DNA of 33,004 bases. It comes from Candidatus Nealsonbacteria bacterium RIFCSPLOWO2_01_FULL_38_120. Its GTDB lineage: Bacteria; Patescibacteriota; Minisyncoccia; Minisyncoccales; GWA2-38-27. The notes under the pieces are model-generated. The model was not told the origin of the DNA. It ran no database searches and saw only the letters and a program-made list of their open reading frames with translations. How positions within the stretch are numbered: the stretch's first letter is position 1; each line of letters opens with the position of its first letter. Made by a program: the position numbers and the translations under genes. The stretch spans positions 1-33,004 of the forward strand of contig MHMF01000002.1 of the NCBI GenBank assembly GCA_001821475.1, read 5' to 3'. Below are positions 16,372 to 26,694 of this stretch, piece by piece.

Positions 16372-18225
16372 TTATATTATTTCTAAATCGGTTTTTTGCT
16401 TGGAAAAATCGTTAAATTCTTTCATTAGCCGTAAAACCATTTCCGGATTTTTGCCAACTTCCGCCTCTTTTATTTTTTGGGAAATTTCGTCAAGCTTATT
16501 TTTGAAAGCCGCTGTTTTTATTTCTCTTAAACAAGCTCTGAATTCCTCCTCTATTTCTTCCGCTTCGCTTTTTTTCATCCAATCCATTTTTTTCTTTGCC
16601 GGGTCTTCGGGAGTAGCCAAAGCAATTTCCGCTTCCGACTTAATGGAAAGATATTCCAGCCGCTTTGCTAAATCCGAAGAAAAATTCTGAACGAGGACAT
16701 CTTTTCCCTTCTCTTTCTGCCTCAAAAAAGAAATCATATCAACTATATGAGGGGTGAGAAAACCAAAATCGCTGTCTTGAATAATATCCAAATTTTTCGG
16801 CGCCCTTAATGCCAAAATAACCAATCTTTCCTCCATAAGCCCCTGTCTTGTATTGACGACAAGCGGAGAAGAGGCGATTTCTTCAACAGCCGGCTCTGTT
16901 GCTTCTTGAAAATACGGCTCCTGCCCAGCAATTTCTATTTTTTCCAACTCCTCTAAAACATTTTCTTCTCTTGTTCCGATTCTTTCCGCTAAGTCCTTTA
17001 CCCAAAGCGATTGTTCAATTTTATTCGGAATTTTTTTTATAATCGGGATCAAAATTTTTGAAATTTCTTTTTTGCCTTCAAGGAAATTTTTGTCAAATTT
17101 TGCGAAAGTATTCTCAAAATAAAAATCGTGGATTGTTCTAGCCCTTTCAACTGAATCCTGCCATATTTTCGGATCTTTCAAAACAGCGTCAGCCGGGTCC
17201 ATATCTCCAGGCATCACCACCACTTTTATATTAAACCCCATTTCCTGGGCAAACCCTATGCTCCGCTTTGTGGCAGTGTCGCCGGCAGGATCCATATCAA
17301 AAGCAGTAAAAAGATTTTCCGAATGCCGTTTCAAAATTTTCAATTGCCATGGAGTAAGCGCTGTGCCGGAGCTCGCGACAGTATTTTCAAATCCCGCTTG
17401 TTGCGCCATTATGGCGTCCACATAACCCTCAACTAAAACAGCAAAATTCTTCTTTCTTATTTCCGTCCCGGCGGTTTGCAAGCCGTATAAAATTCTGCTT
17501 TTGTCGTATATTAAAGTATTCGGCGTGTTTATATATTTCGCTTCTTTCTGACCGTCAGGCCTGCTGTCATGCTTAAACACCCTGCCTCCAAATCCCACCA
17601 CTTGGCTACCGAAATCAAAAACCGGAAACATAATTCTCCCCCGAAATCGGTCATAGTAATTGCTTGATTTTTCTGATTTCAAACAAAGCCCGGCTTTTTC
17701 TATTTCTTCCCTTTTATAACCCCTGCTAACCAAAAAATCAGAAAGCCCCGCCCAAAGATCGGGCGAATAGCCCAGACGCCACTTCTTTATTGTTTCCTCT
17801 TTTATTCCCCTACCCAATAAATAATTTTTCACCTCCTTGCCTTCTCGACTTCCTTCCAGCTGTTTCTCAAAAAATTTACAAGCCAGTTCCGCGATTTCGC
17901 AGAGCCGCTGTTTTTCAGTGGCTAATTTCGGGTCCTGTCGTTTCAGCTCCACTCCGGCTTTTTTCGCCAAAATCCGCAAAGCATCCCCGAATTCCACGCT
18001 CTCTATTTTCATCACGAACTTAAAAATGTCTCCTCCCTCAGAACATGCTCCGAAACAATGCCAGCTTTGCCTTGCCGGAGAAACAAAAAAAGAAGGTGTT
18101 TTTTCAGAATGGAACGGGCAAGGCGCTCGAAAATTCACGCCCGCTTTTTGGAGCTTAACATAGCCACCAATAACTTCCGCCACATCCAGCCGGCTTTTTA
18201 TTTCATCAATCGGAGAGAATGCCAT
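16372..18225 (-). CDS. dnaG: DNA primase
   Basis: [11 protein letters not shown]…CFGAC zinc finger, [35 protein letters not shown] motifs. Confidence 0.97.
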   Translation of the reverse strand: MAFSPIDEIKSRLDVAEVIGGYVKLQKAGVNFRAPCPFHSEKTPSFFVSPARQSWHCFGACSEGGDIFKFVMKIESVEFGDALRILAKKAGVELKRQDPKLATEKQRLCEIAELACKFFEKQLEGSREGKEVKNYLLGRGIKEETIKKWRLGYSPDLWAGLSDFLVSRGYKREEIEKAGLCLKSEKSSNYYDRFRGRIMFPVFDFGSQVVGFGGRVFKHDSRPDGQKEAKYINTPNTLIYDKSRILYGLQTAGTEIRKKNFAVLVEGYVDAIMAQQAGFENTVASSGTALTPWQLKILKRHSENLFTAFDMDPAGDTATKRSIGFAQEMGFNIKVVVMPGDMDPADAVLKDPKIWQDSVERARTIHDFYFENTFAKFDKNFLEGKKEISKILIPIIKKIPNKIEQSLWVKDLAERIGTREENVLEELEKIEIAGQEPYFQEATEPAVEEIASSPLVVNTRQGLMEERLVILALRAPKNLDIIQDSDFGFLTPHIVDMISFLRQKEKGKDVLVQNFSSDLAKRLEYLSIKSEAEIALATPEDPAKKKMDWMKKSEAEEIEEEFRACLREIKTAAFKNKLDEISQKIKEAEVGKNPEMVLRLMKEFNDFSKQKTDLEII

Positions 18226-18236
18226 ACTTTTTTTAA

Positions 18237-18958
18237 TTATTTGATTTTTGATTTAATTATTTCAACTAATTCTGCCGGTTCAACTAAAAATTTTTGGAAA
18301 TCACTTATATTTTTTCCCGTAATTCCAATCTGATATTCAATTCCTCCCCTATGTTGATGACTTCGTATTGGACACTGCTTTACTTCTTTGTTTGTCAAAA
18401 CCCAATAAATAATTTTATCCACCCAAACACCGACAAAAATAAAAACATTCGCTATGCCTAATTTAATCTGCTGAAAATTCATCCAATAAGGTTCACCCGA
18501 ATCAAAGCTTAATGCTTTAGTTTCTAACCCGCCTCGTATCTTTGTGTTTATTGCCCGAGATGCTTTAATCTCAACCTTAATTATCTTTTTATTATTTTCA
18601 ATGTAAAGATCATAATCACTAGAATACTTTTTATCAATTTGTTTTGATGGCTTCTTAAATTTCGCATCAATACTAATTAAATGCCGTTGAGCCCAAATTT
18701 CACCAAAAACGCGCGGGGAAACATTATAGAGATTTAAATAAGGGTTATCTTCTATATAAGATAAGAGCTTCTTAAAATCTCGTATTCTTGAAAAGTAATA
18801 ATTTGTCTATCCAGCAAATACATAAGACGATATTCATATTCATTAAACGGATAAATAGATTTTAAACCACTTAAACACTCCAACAAAGATTTTCTATCTT
18901 CTTGCGGTAATTCTTTGATCCATCCGTCAAGTTTATTATCTAAATTCTTTTTGTCCAT
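18237..18958 (-). pseudogene. Type II restriction endonuclease frameshifted by a 5-bp tandem duplication
   Basis: ATAAG ATAAG at 18756-18765; removing one copy joins the 68-aa and 81-aa ORFs into a 238-aa frame with SPRVFGEIWAQ and YDLY…VEIKASRA motifs. Confidence 0.85.
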
Positions 18959-18963
18959 ATTAT

Positions 18964-19941
18964 TTAAATTAAATCTAACAAAGTTGGCGCTCCTAATAGT
19001 TGCTCATCGTCTGCTAGAATATTACCTTCTTTCAAAATTTTGGTTCTGCCCCAGCCTATTTCTCCAGTCCGCCTATAATGTAATAAACGAGCAACCATTA
19101 TTTTGCAATAAGCGGGGTTTATATCCATCGTATAACATTTTCTCTTACTTAACTCCGCCTGCAACAATGTAGAGCCAGAGTGCCCAAAAAAATCAACAAC
19201 AAGGTCTCTTTGGTTGCTGCTCGCCTCAATAATCCTCTTGGCGGATTTAAGCGGTTTTTGAGCAAAACAGCCCTCTATATTTTCGTGCATTAAATAAAAA
19301 ACCTGTTGTATATCGTGCCAAACATTTCCCGCCCGAATAGTTAAAGATTTGCTCCGCTCAAAATTTTCTGTTATCTTCCCATTTATTTTTTTGTAATATC
19401 CTTTAGTTTTTTTAGGTATATCTGTATATTCGGCCCGAACATCAAAAATTGGCTCACCCTTAATGTAGTAAAGTAATTCTTGTCGAATTGCCATCCAGTT
19501 TTTTTGCGTCCCATATCCTCGTTGATTCCTCATTGTTATGAAATTCCTGATGCTTACGGGCTTATTTCTCATCATAATTATAAAATCGGGAAGTGGCTGC
19601 AAGCCGTCTCTAATATCCGCCCCAAGCCAGACATAAAAAGAGGAATTTTTATCAAGAATATCTATTGTATTATCAACCCATTTTTCACTCCAACCAATAT
19701 ATTGATTAAGCGGCAGATTTCCAAATTCATCATTTATATCAACATTATATGGCGGGTCTTGGATGGCAAGAATCGCTTTTTCATCCCGCATCAATTTTTT
19801 AACATCTTCCTTTTTTGAAACATCAAGACAGCCAACCCTATGACCGCTAATCGGGTCTTCCCAAATAAAACCGTACTCAAAATCAGGAATTTTAACTATT
19901 GTCTTATTATTTATTTTTTTTCTGTCTTGGACTATCGGCAT
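18964..19941 (-). CDS. Site-specific DNA methyltransferase (N6-adenine/N4-cytosine, beta class)
   Basis: DPPY before QKP…DFFGHSGST. Confidence 0.9.
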   Translation of the reverse strand: MPIVQDRKKINNKTIVKIPDFEYGFIWEDPISGHRVGCLDVSKKEDVKKLMRDEKAILAIQDPPYNVDINDEFGNLPLNQYIGWSEKWVDNTIDILDKNSSFYVWLGADIRDGLQPLPDFIIMMRNKPVSIRNFITMRNQRGYGTQKNWMAIRQELLYYIKGEPIFDVRAEYTDIPKKTKGYYKKINGKITENFERSKSLTIRAGNVWHDIQQVFYLMHENIEGCFAQKPLKSAKRIIEASSNQRDLVVDFFGHSGSTLLQAELSKRKCYTMDINPAYCKIMVARLLHYRRTGEIGWGRTKILKEGNILADDEQLLGAPTLLDLI

Positions 19942-20031
19942 AATTTTATTTCTTTTATAATTCTAATCCTTGATTATGTTATACTCTTTTTATAGCACGA
20001 GCCGGGCGCCAAATCAATCGGAAAAATTCTT

Positions 20032-20105
20032 AATTGTCCTTTGCTAAGCAAAGGATTTTCTAATAAGCAAAAGATTTTCTTGAATTGTCCTTTGCTAAGC
20101 AAAGG
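20032..20105. repeat. Two 23-bp direct repeats, each containing a palindrome
   Basis: AATTGTCCTTTGCTAAGCAAAGG at 20032-20054 and 20083-20105; partial copy TAAGCAAAAGATTTTCT between them. Confidence 0.85.
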
Positions 20106-20117
20106 GCAATATTTAAT

Positions 20118-20147
20118 TTGACAAAGAGCCGCGATAAAAAGTATAAT
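20118..20147 (+). promoter_or_regulatory. Consensus sigma70 promoter of the glgA operon
   Basis: TTGACA-N18-TATAAT. Confidence 0.75.
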
Positions 20148-20227
20148 TAAAGCATAAGCCCATAAAAATAAATCGAAATACATCAAACCCGCCAATGCGG
20201 GATTATATTTTAGAAAATACAAACAAA

Positions 20228-21724
20228 ATGAAAAAGAATAACGGGCATAAAAAATTAAAAATATTATTTGTGGCGACAGAAGCCGCGCCATTCGCTAAAG
20301 CCGGAGGGCTGGGCGATGTGGTTCACTCTTTGTCTCTCGCTTTAAAAAAACTTGGCCAGGATGTCCGCATAATTATTCCGAGATACGCAACAATTGACCC
20401 GGAAAAATGCAAATTGGAGACAAAAATAAAAGGAATAAAAGTTCCCACTGACCAGCCGGGAGACAACCACTTTCTCGTTTGCAATGTCAAAAAAAGTCCC
20501 GAAAGCGATGTGCCGATCTACTTTCTGGAAAATATGGAATATTACGAACAAAGGGCGAATGTCTACGGATACGGAGACGACCACATAAGGTGGGCTTTAT
20601 TGTGCCGCGGCGTCTTGGAATTCTTAAAATTATTCCACTGGAAACCTGATATAATAGTGGCATCTGATTGGCAAACCGGCTTAGTTCCCAATTATTTGAA
20701 AACTACTTACGCAAACGACCCTGTTTTGTCAAAAATTACTACAATTTTTGCTATCCATAATCTCCAATACCAAGGAATGTGCGATTTCAAATTTGTGCAG
20801 GAAACAGAACGGGATTCCGGAAAAGAGCTGATTCCGGACTTCTTTAACCCGCGCTTGGCAAAACTGAATTGGATGCTAAGAGGAATAATTTACAGCGATA
20901 TAATAACAACTGTCTCCCCCACCTACTCCCAAGAAATAACAACCCCTGAATATGGAGAAAATTTGGAAAAAATATTTTCGGAAAATAGGGAAAAATTATA
21001 CGGAATATTAAATGGAATTGACTATGAAGAAAATAATCCAGAAAACTCCTCCAATCTCCCTGGCAATTATAATTCCAAAGCAATTGAAAAAAGAAAAGAG
21101 AATAAAATTTATCTTCAAAAAAAATTCGGGCTGGAACAAAACCCGGATATTTTTTTGATTGGAATGGTTTCCCGTCTTACTGAGCAAAAGGGCTTTGATT
21201 TGATAGAGAAAATTACCGAACCGATTTTCAAAAATCTCCCGCTTCAGCTTGTCTGCTTAGGCGACGGAGAATCAAGGTATAAAGAAATGATAAGCAAGGC
21301 GTCTGAAAAATTTCCGGATAAAATAAAATACTTTTTTGAATTTGATGTGAACCTGCCTCATATTATTTTCGGAGGAGCGGACGGTTTTTTGATGCCGTCA
21401 AAATTTGAGCCCTGCGGAATAACCCAGATGCAGGCAATGAGATACGGATGCATTCCAATAGCCAGAAAAACAGGCGGCTTGGCAGACACTATTTCCGACT
21501 ATGACCCAAAAAAAAATCAAGGAGATGGCTTTGTTTTCCAGGATTACGACCCAATGGATTTGTTTATAGCCATAGTAAGAGCTGAAACCTGTTTTTCTTT
21601 TTCAAAAGAGTGGAGGCAAATGGTCAAGAGAGCCATGAAAAGAGACTTTTCTTGGAAAAAATCAGCCCAAGAATATCTAAAGGTCTTTTGGCGGGCGATT
21701 GACAAGAAAAACAAAATAAAATAA
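20228..21724 (+). CDS. glgA: Glycogen synthase (GT5)
   Basis: KILFVATE…KAGGLGDV, SRLTEQKG, PSKFEPCGITQ, TGGLADT; start may be 20195 or 20228. Confidence 0.93.
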   Translation: MKKNNGHKKLKILFVATEAAPFAKAGGLGDVVHSLSLALKKLGQDVRIIIPRYATIDPEKCKLETKIKGIKVPTDQPGDNHFLVCNVKKSPESDVPIYFLENMEYYEQRANVYGYGDDHIRWALLCRGVLEFLKLFHWKPDIIVASDWQTGLVPNYLKTTYANDPVLSKITTIFAIHNLQYQGMCDFKFVQETERDSGKELIPDFFNPRLAKLNWMLRGIIYSDIITTVSPTYSQEITTPEYGENLEKIFSENREKLYGILNGIDYEENNPENSSNLPGNYNSKAIEKRKENKIYLQKKFGLEQNPDIFLIGMVSRLTEQKGFDLIEKITEPIFKNLPLQLVCLGDGESRYKEMISKASEKFPDKIKYFFEFDVNLPHIIFGGADGFLMPSKFEPCGITQMQAMRYGCIPIARKTGGLADTISDYDPKKNQGDGFVFQDYDPMDLFIAIVRAETCFSFSKEWRQMVKRAMKRDFSWKKSAQEYLKVFWRAIDKKNKIK

Positions 21725-21732
21725 TAAATACC

Positions 21733-21890
21733 TTGAATTGCGAAATTCCTTTTAAGTATTTTGTTTTAGTTTGAAGGCGTGCCGAAGCAAAAATTTTGAG
21801 GTATACTACAGAATGAAGTATACCGAAAAATTTTTGCAAAAGCGCAACCCAAGCCAAAACATAAAAAGTTGAAGGGATTTCGCAATTCAA
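21733..21890. repeat. 158-bp imperfect palindrome (REP/MITE-like or structured RNA) between glgA and GH57
   Basis: TTGAATTGCGAAATTCCTTTAA / TTGAAGGGATTTCGCAATTCAA outer arms; GCAAAAATTTT / AAAATTTTTGC; GGTATACT / AGTATACC apex. Confidence 0.85.
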
Positions 21891-21901
21891 AGCATATAAA
21901 T

Positions 21902-23311
21902 ATGTATTGGGCAAATTTTTTGCATATTTACCAACCGCCGACCCAAAAGCCATATTGGATAAAAAGAGTAAGCGAGGAGTCATACTGGAAAATATTCCGC
22001 CTATTTTTGGAAAACCCGCGAGCGAAAATAACTATGAATATAAGCGGAATACTTTTTGAACTTTTTGAAAAAAATGGTCAGAACGACATAATTGAAATGA
22101 TAAAAAAACTTTTTGACCAAGGACGGCTTGAAGTCACCGGCTCGGCAAAATACCATCCGCTTCTACCCTTTCTGCCCAAACAAGAAATCATCCGCCAAAT
22201 AAAGCTTAACGAAGAAACCCTTTGCCATTATCTTGGAAAAAATTTCAGACCTAATGGATTTTTTCCGCCGGAAATGGGATTTTTTCCAGAGCTTTCACCA
22301 ATTCTGGAAGAGCTCGGATATAAATGGATAATCGTGGATGAATTGTCTTTTCCAAAACAAGCCGCGAAACAGCAATACAATCGGATTTACCAAGCATCTA
22401 ACGCGAAAGATTTTTCCATTTTTTTCCGCGAGCGAAAAATGAGCTGGGTAATACTTTCCGGCCAAATAGGAACCGGGAAACTGCTTCTCCAAAGTTTAGG
22501 CGACCGTTTGAAAAAAAACGAATACCTGATTACCGCAATGGATGGCGAAACATTCGGCCACCACAGGCCGGGCTTGGAAATGCTTCTTTTTGAAATTTAC
22601 AATTCCAATAAAATTAAAAATGTGAAAATTTCCGAATTGCTGGATTTATTTCCTCAAAGGGAAGAGATTGAGCCACAGGCCTCAACTTGGGCGCTAATGG
22701 AAAAAGATTTAGAAAAGAAAAAACCTTTTGCCAGATGGCAGGACGACGACAATGAAATCCATAAAGCTCAATGGGAACTGACTAAACTGGCGATTGATTC
22801 TGTTGAAAAATACGAAAGCAATAGCCCGGAATACCAAAAAGCTCGCCGCTCATTAGATAAAGCTCTACATTCCGACCAATACTGGTGGGCATCAGCCCGG
22901 CCGTGGTGGAGCATTGAAATGATTGAACTCGGAGCCAAAGAACTTTATGAATCAATAATTTCCTGCCCAGAAATGCCGGAGGAAATAAAAGAAAAGGCGA
23001 AAAAACTTTATCATAAAATAGTTTTCACCGCTTTTGATTGGCAAAGAGCGGGAATTATTGAAAAATTATCCCGCTCAGAAGATGAAGAAATTAGGCAGAG
23101 AACCGACGAAAGCTTGCCCCGTCTTCCTAAAAAAGAAGTTGAAAAAATGGTAAACCGGCTAAAAAAAGAAATGAAGCTCGTCGCGAATCGACAGGAATAT
23201 GAAAGAGCCGCCCAAGTAAGGGACAGAATTAAAGAGCTAAAAAAATATTCTTCCGAAGAAAAACTCGAGCCCTCCTCCGAGGGAAACAAAGAGTTTAATT
23301 TGAACAAATAG
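21902..23311 (+). CDS. Glycoside hydrolase family 57 protein with C-terminal UVR coiled-coil
   Basis: FLHIYQP, YHPLLP, PPEM (nucleophile), AMDGETFGHH (acid/base), HSDQYWW; LKKEM…QEYERAAQVRDRIKEL UVR motif; start moved to ATG 21902. Confidence 0.85.
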   Translation: MYWANFLHIYQPPTQKPYWIKRVSEESYWKIFRLFLENPRAKITMNISGILFELFEKNGQNDIIEMIKKLFDQGRLEVTGSAKYHPLLPFLPKQEIIRQIKLNEETLCHYLGKNFRPNGFFPPEMGFFPELSPILEELGYKWIIVDELSFPKQAAKQQYNRIYQASNAKDFSIFFRERKMSWVILSGQIGTGKLLLQSLGDRLKKNEYLITAMDGETFGHHRPGLEMLLFEIYNSNKIKNVKISELLDLFPQREEIEPQASTWALMEKDLEKKKPFARWQDDDNEIHKAQWELTKLAIDSVEKYESNSPEYQKARRSLDKALHSDQYWWASARPWWSIEMIELGAKELYESIISCPEMPEEIKEKAKKLYHKIVFTAFDWQRAGIIEKLSRSEDEEIRQRTDESLPRLPKKEVEKMVNRLKKEMKLVANRQEYERAAQVRDRIKELKKYSSEEKLEPSSEGNKEFNLNK

Positions 23312-23343
23312 AATCAACTGCCAATAGAGATAAAAAAATCAAA

Positions 23344-24390
23344 ATGGCAAAGAAAAATTATATTATAATTTTGTTGGACAAAAAATGGATCGGCAAATTT
23401 TTCCAAAACCGGTTTGCTCAATATTTTCATGGAGCGAAAAAACTGATAGATTTTGACATAGAAGTTATAAAAATATTTTTGAATCATCAACGCCTTATTG
23501 CAAGATATAATCTTATTCTATCCGGCCGAAATGGAATTTTCAAAAAAACAATAATAGTTAAGGCCGAAAAAAAAATCGGTTTCTTTGGAAAACCCGCTGG
23601 AACAAAAACAGATTATTCAACCAATATATTTTTGAGAGAACAAAAATTAGACAATCTTGTTCCCCGTCCGTTGGAATATTACCAGCCCCTGCGGGCTTTT
23701 TTTTATGAAGCGATTGAAGGCGTTTGCTTAAGACAATTAAGCATTAACCGCCATAGTCAAGAATTTATGGATTTTATTCCGATAGTCGCGGAAGCCGTTC
23801 AAAAAATTCACTGCCTCAAAAATAATAAAATAATCGTCAATGGCCAACATTGGGAAAACAAACAACATAAATTCTATTTATTTTTGGTAAAAAAATATTA
23901 TCCTTTTGGATTTAACCATTTCAAAAATTTAATCCAGGCCTGCCGCGATTTCAAAATAAAAAACAAAAACTATTTTCGTTCCCGTTTCCAGTCCCTCCGA
24001 TTAACCCATGGCGACCTCCATAGTGGAAATATTTTTATAGTTAATGAAAATATAAAACTGTTGGACTTTTCCGACGCCAGCGCATCCGATCCCCTAAGCG
24101 ACTTGGGCTGTTTTTTTATTCATACCGAGCTTATGTTTGAACATGATTTCCATCAAAATTACAAAGAAATGACTGATAAAATGAAATTGCTATTTTGCCG
24201 AAATTATTTTAATCGCGACCTTTCCGATTCTGACAAAAAAATAATCTATTATTATATGCTTAGTAATTTATGCCGAATTATCAGTTATGCCTCTATGGAC
24301 GGGAATAAACACAAAGAAACAATGGAAGCCAATGATTTGCTGGAAAAATTAATCAAAATCGGAGAAGAAAAAATAAAAACCTCTTACTGA
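23344..24390 (+). CDS. Aminoglycoside-phosphotransferase/choline-kinase-family protein
   Basis: IVK Lys, THGDLHSGNI, LLDF motifs. Confidence 0.8.
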   Translation: MAKKNYIIILLDKKWIGKFFQNRFAQYFHGAKKLIDFDIEVIKIFLNHQRLIARYNLILSGRNGIFKKTIIVKAEKKIGFFGKPAGTKTDYSTNIFLREQKLDNLVPRPLEYYQPLRAFFYEAIEGVCLRQLSINRHSQEFMDFIPIVAEAVQKIHCLKNNKIIVNGQHWENKQHKFYLFLVKKYYPFGFNHFKNLIQACRDFKIKNKNYFRSRFQSLRLTHGDLHSGNIFIVNENIKLLDFSDASASDPLSDLGCFFIHTELMFEHDFHQNYKEMTDKMKLLFCRNYFNRDLSDSDKKIIYYYMLSNLCRIISYASMDGNKHKETMEANDLLEKLIKIGEEKIKTSY

Positions 24391-24450
24391 AATTCCAAAA
24401 ATACTCTCAACGATAAGCCAATACTACGAGAACACCTCCTGTACTATTTT

Positions 24451-25137
24451 TTAACTTTTCAAATTTACGAGATGTATAAATTTATCTAAAAATTTACTCA
24501 AAGAGAATTCATTTTTAATTAGTCGTTTTGTCTCAATAGAAAAATCAAAATCATTTAAATTAACAAATTTTGCTTTCTTATTTTGATCAAAATCTAAAAT
24601 ACAAATCCCTATTAAATCAGGTTTGTGGGGAAAATCCATGTCATTAAATAAATTTATGTATTTTTGTAAATATTTTTCAGACATAACCTCTACTTTCTTT
24701 TCTTTCCCCCGCAAATTTCCTTTATTTTTTGAATAATACGGCGTATGCCCACGAAACACCAAAAAATGAGCAAAACCAATATTTTGCCGTTTTATATTGG
24801 CTGTTTCGCCCATAAGATTTTCAAAATAGTTGTTTGCGTTTTGTTGATAGTTTGAGGTGATAAATTTGAAGCTTACAGTCGCGATAATTTTATCACCCCT
24901 GAATACGGCAATATCAAGATCTTTTGGATAATATTTCCCATCTATTGTCGCCTCTTTTCCGTCGCCAATTCCTAATGATTTTATTAAATAATCATCATTA
25001 AGCGCGTCCAAAATAGCTTCTGATAAAAATTTATGAATTGGGATCAATTTTTTATTACTTCTCGCCCCGCCTTTTTTATTATAAACCACAAAAGAAGCAT
25101 TAATTGCTTCTATAAATTTATCTTGTAAGTTATCCAT
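24451..25137 (-). CDS. Putative type II restriction endonuclease
   Basis: KDLDIAV…VSFKFITSNYQQNANNYFENLMGE motif; 11 bp downstream of an MTase. Confidence 0.7.
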   Translation of the reverse strand: MDNLQDKFIEAINASFVVYNKKGGARSNKKLIPIHKFLSEAILDALNDDYLIKSLGIGDGKEATIDGKYYPKDLDIAVFRGDKIIATVSFKFITSNYQQNANNYFENLMGETANIKRQNIGFAHFLVFRGHTPYYSKNKGNLRGKEKKVEVMSEKYLQKYINLFNDMDFPHKPDLIGICILDFDQNKKAKFVNLNDFDFSIETKRLIKNEFSLSKFLDKFIHLVNLKS

Positions 25138-25148
25138 AATATTTTCTG

Positions 25149-26609
25149 TTAAAATAATGCTGGTTGGGTTTTATAAAATTGAGGGTGCACAAAATCTTTC
25201 AAAAAACTTTTTGCGTAGGATTTATATCCCCCGCGATAACTTTTTGAGACCGACTTAATATGTTCTTTCATTAAATTGGAATTCAGCGCTTCGCATAATT
25301 CACAAAGATTAATACCGTTTTTCGGTTTGACGCAATATCCTGCATAAAAACTGATTTTTTTGTTTTCAATTACATAAAAACGAGGGGCAATATTCATCGT
25401 GCTGGTTATAATTTTTTCCCCAAAACTGGTTTTTAACCCTTGATTTCTGCCAAAAGCATAAAATTCCTCATAATTTTTTCCTCCTCCCTTATCTCTCATT
25501 TCCAAAATATCGCGGTGATATAAAAAATACCTATATGCTTCTGGATATTTTTTTTGAAAAACATTTTTAGGTATTATTTTTTCATTTTTATATGGAAAAA
25601 TCAAAAAAAGATTTTGATTTTGTCCCTTATATGTTGACGCTTTAATAATTGGAACGCATATATTTTTTTCAATCTTAAAGTTATTAAAATAAAAATAATT
25701 CACATCGCTTTTTTCCGGCGAAAAAATATAAATATCGTCTTTGAGTGTGGCTATTCCATAATGAATGTCAGCCACTTCCTGAAGTGTGGAATATTTTTTA
25801 TTAAGTTTGACTATTTTATCTAAATATTTTTCGTCAAAAAATTCCCATCTTTCAGATCTCATGTATTGGATTGATATTTTCTTGTATTTAAGATTTTCAA
25901 AATCGCTCTTAAAATTTTCTGCGTATAAAAAATCGGTAGCATTCTCTTTCTGCAAAAATGTAATTGCCGTATATGCGGTAGCGTTTTTAAAAATCTGGAA
26001 ATGATCAAAATTTATTATTTTTATTAAATGAGTGGATAATAAATTTCGCAAATTTTTCCCAGCGGCTGAATAAAAATGAGAGTTAGGGGTGATGAAAGCA
26101 ATTTTACCATTTTCGCTTAATAATTTTAATGCTTGCTCAAAAAAACAAAAATACAAATCGATAGAGCCACTGGAGGCGGTAATATAACTTTTTTGTAGCT
26201 GTCCTTTTCTGCTGTTTAAATTTTGTATACGAACATAAGGGGGGTTACCGATTATAAAATCAAATTTTTCACTAAAGTTATGAAAACAAAAATCATCCGT
26301 TATCGTATTGTATTTTGTAATTTTATTTTTTGATAATTTTTGCAAATTTTGTTTGGTCTTTTCCGTGTGTTCTTCCGATATATCAATGAAATAAATATTT
26401 TCCTCTACAACTTTATTTAATGGTTTGCCTGATAATTTTGAAAATTTCTCAGCCGCAACGATCGTAAAAATTCCCTCTCCGCAACCAGCGTCTAATATCT
26501 TTTCATCGCCCATTATTTTTTTACCATTTAGCGCCTCGCTAATCATAAAATCAACCACCCATTTAGGGGTAAAAACGATGCCGTTTTGTTTTTTAATCTC
26601 TGCGCTCAT
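25149..26609 (-). CDS. N6-adenine DNA methyltransferase, gamma class (Eco57I/TaqI-like)
   Basis: VFTP, LDAGCGEGIF, IGNPPY, DLY..F, C-terminal target-recognition domain. Confidence 0.9.
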   Translation of the reverse strand: MSAEIKKQNGIVFTPKWVVDFMISEALNGKKIMGDEKILDAGCGEGIFTIVAAEKFSKLSGKPLNKVVEENIYFIDISEEHTEKTKQNLQKLSKNKITKYNTITDDFCFHNFSEKFDFIIGNPPYVRIQNLNSRKGQLQKSYITASSGSIDLYFCFFEQALKLLSENGKIAFITPNSHFYSAAGKNLRNLLSTHLIKIINFDHFQIFKNATAYTAITFLQKENATDFLYAENFKSDFENLKYKKISIQYMRSERWEFFDEKYLDKIVKLNKKYSTLQEVADIHYGIATLKDDIYIFSPEKSDVNYFYFNNFKIEKNICVPIIKASTYKGQNQNLFLIFPYKNEKIIPKNVFQKKYPEAYRYFLYHRDILEMRDKGGGKNYEEFYAFGRNQGLKTSFGEKIITSTMNIAPRFYVIENKKISFYAGYCVKPKNGINLCELCEALNSNLMKEHIKSVSKSYRGGYKSYAKSFLKDFVHPQFYKTQPALF

Positions 26610-26618
26610 AACAACTAC

Positions 26619-26647
26619 ATTATATCATTTATTAAAGAATAATTCAA
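26619..26647 (-). promoter_or_regulatory. Near-leaderless promoter of the R-M cassette
   Basis: TTGAAT-N17-TATAAT with extended TG, 9 nt before the ATG. Confidence 0.7.
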
Positions 26648-26678
26648 AAATCCGATACTCTTTAGAATATCGGATTTT
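26646..26678 (-). terminator. Intrinsic terminator-like hairpin (possibly bidirectional)
   Basis: AAAATCCGATATTC-TAAA-GAGTATCGGATTTTT on the minus strand. Confidence 0.7.
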
Positions 26679-26694
26679 CAATTATTGGAACTAT

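Noticed and set aside
20032..20105. Mini CRISPR array (23-bp repeats, 28-bp spacer)
   Set aside because: Only two repeats, the spacer is itself partly repeat-derived, and no cas genes are present
19974..20291. 105-aa hydrophobic minus-strand ORF
   Set aside because: Overlaps the glgA start, promoter and repeats; hydrophobicity reflects T-rich antisense sequence
21817..21829. AGTATACCGAAAA identical to the reverse complement of 6263-6275 in the lexA promoter
   Set aside because: Explained as an arm of the 158-bp palindrome; the second TTCG repeat is missing, so probably chance
21869..21901. TTG start extension of GH57
   Set aside because: Lies within the palindrome arm; the GH57 family pattern begins at MYWANFLH
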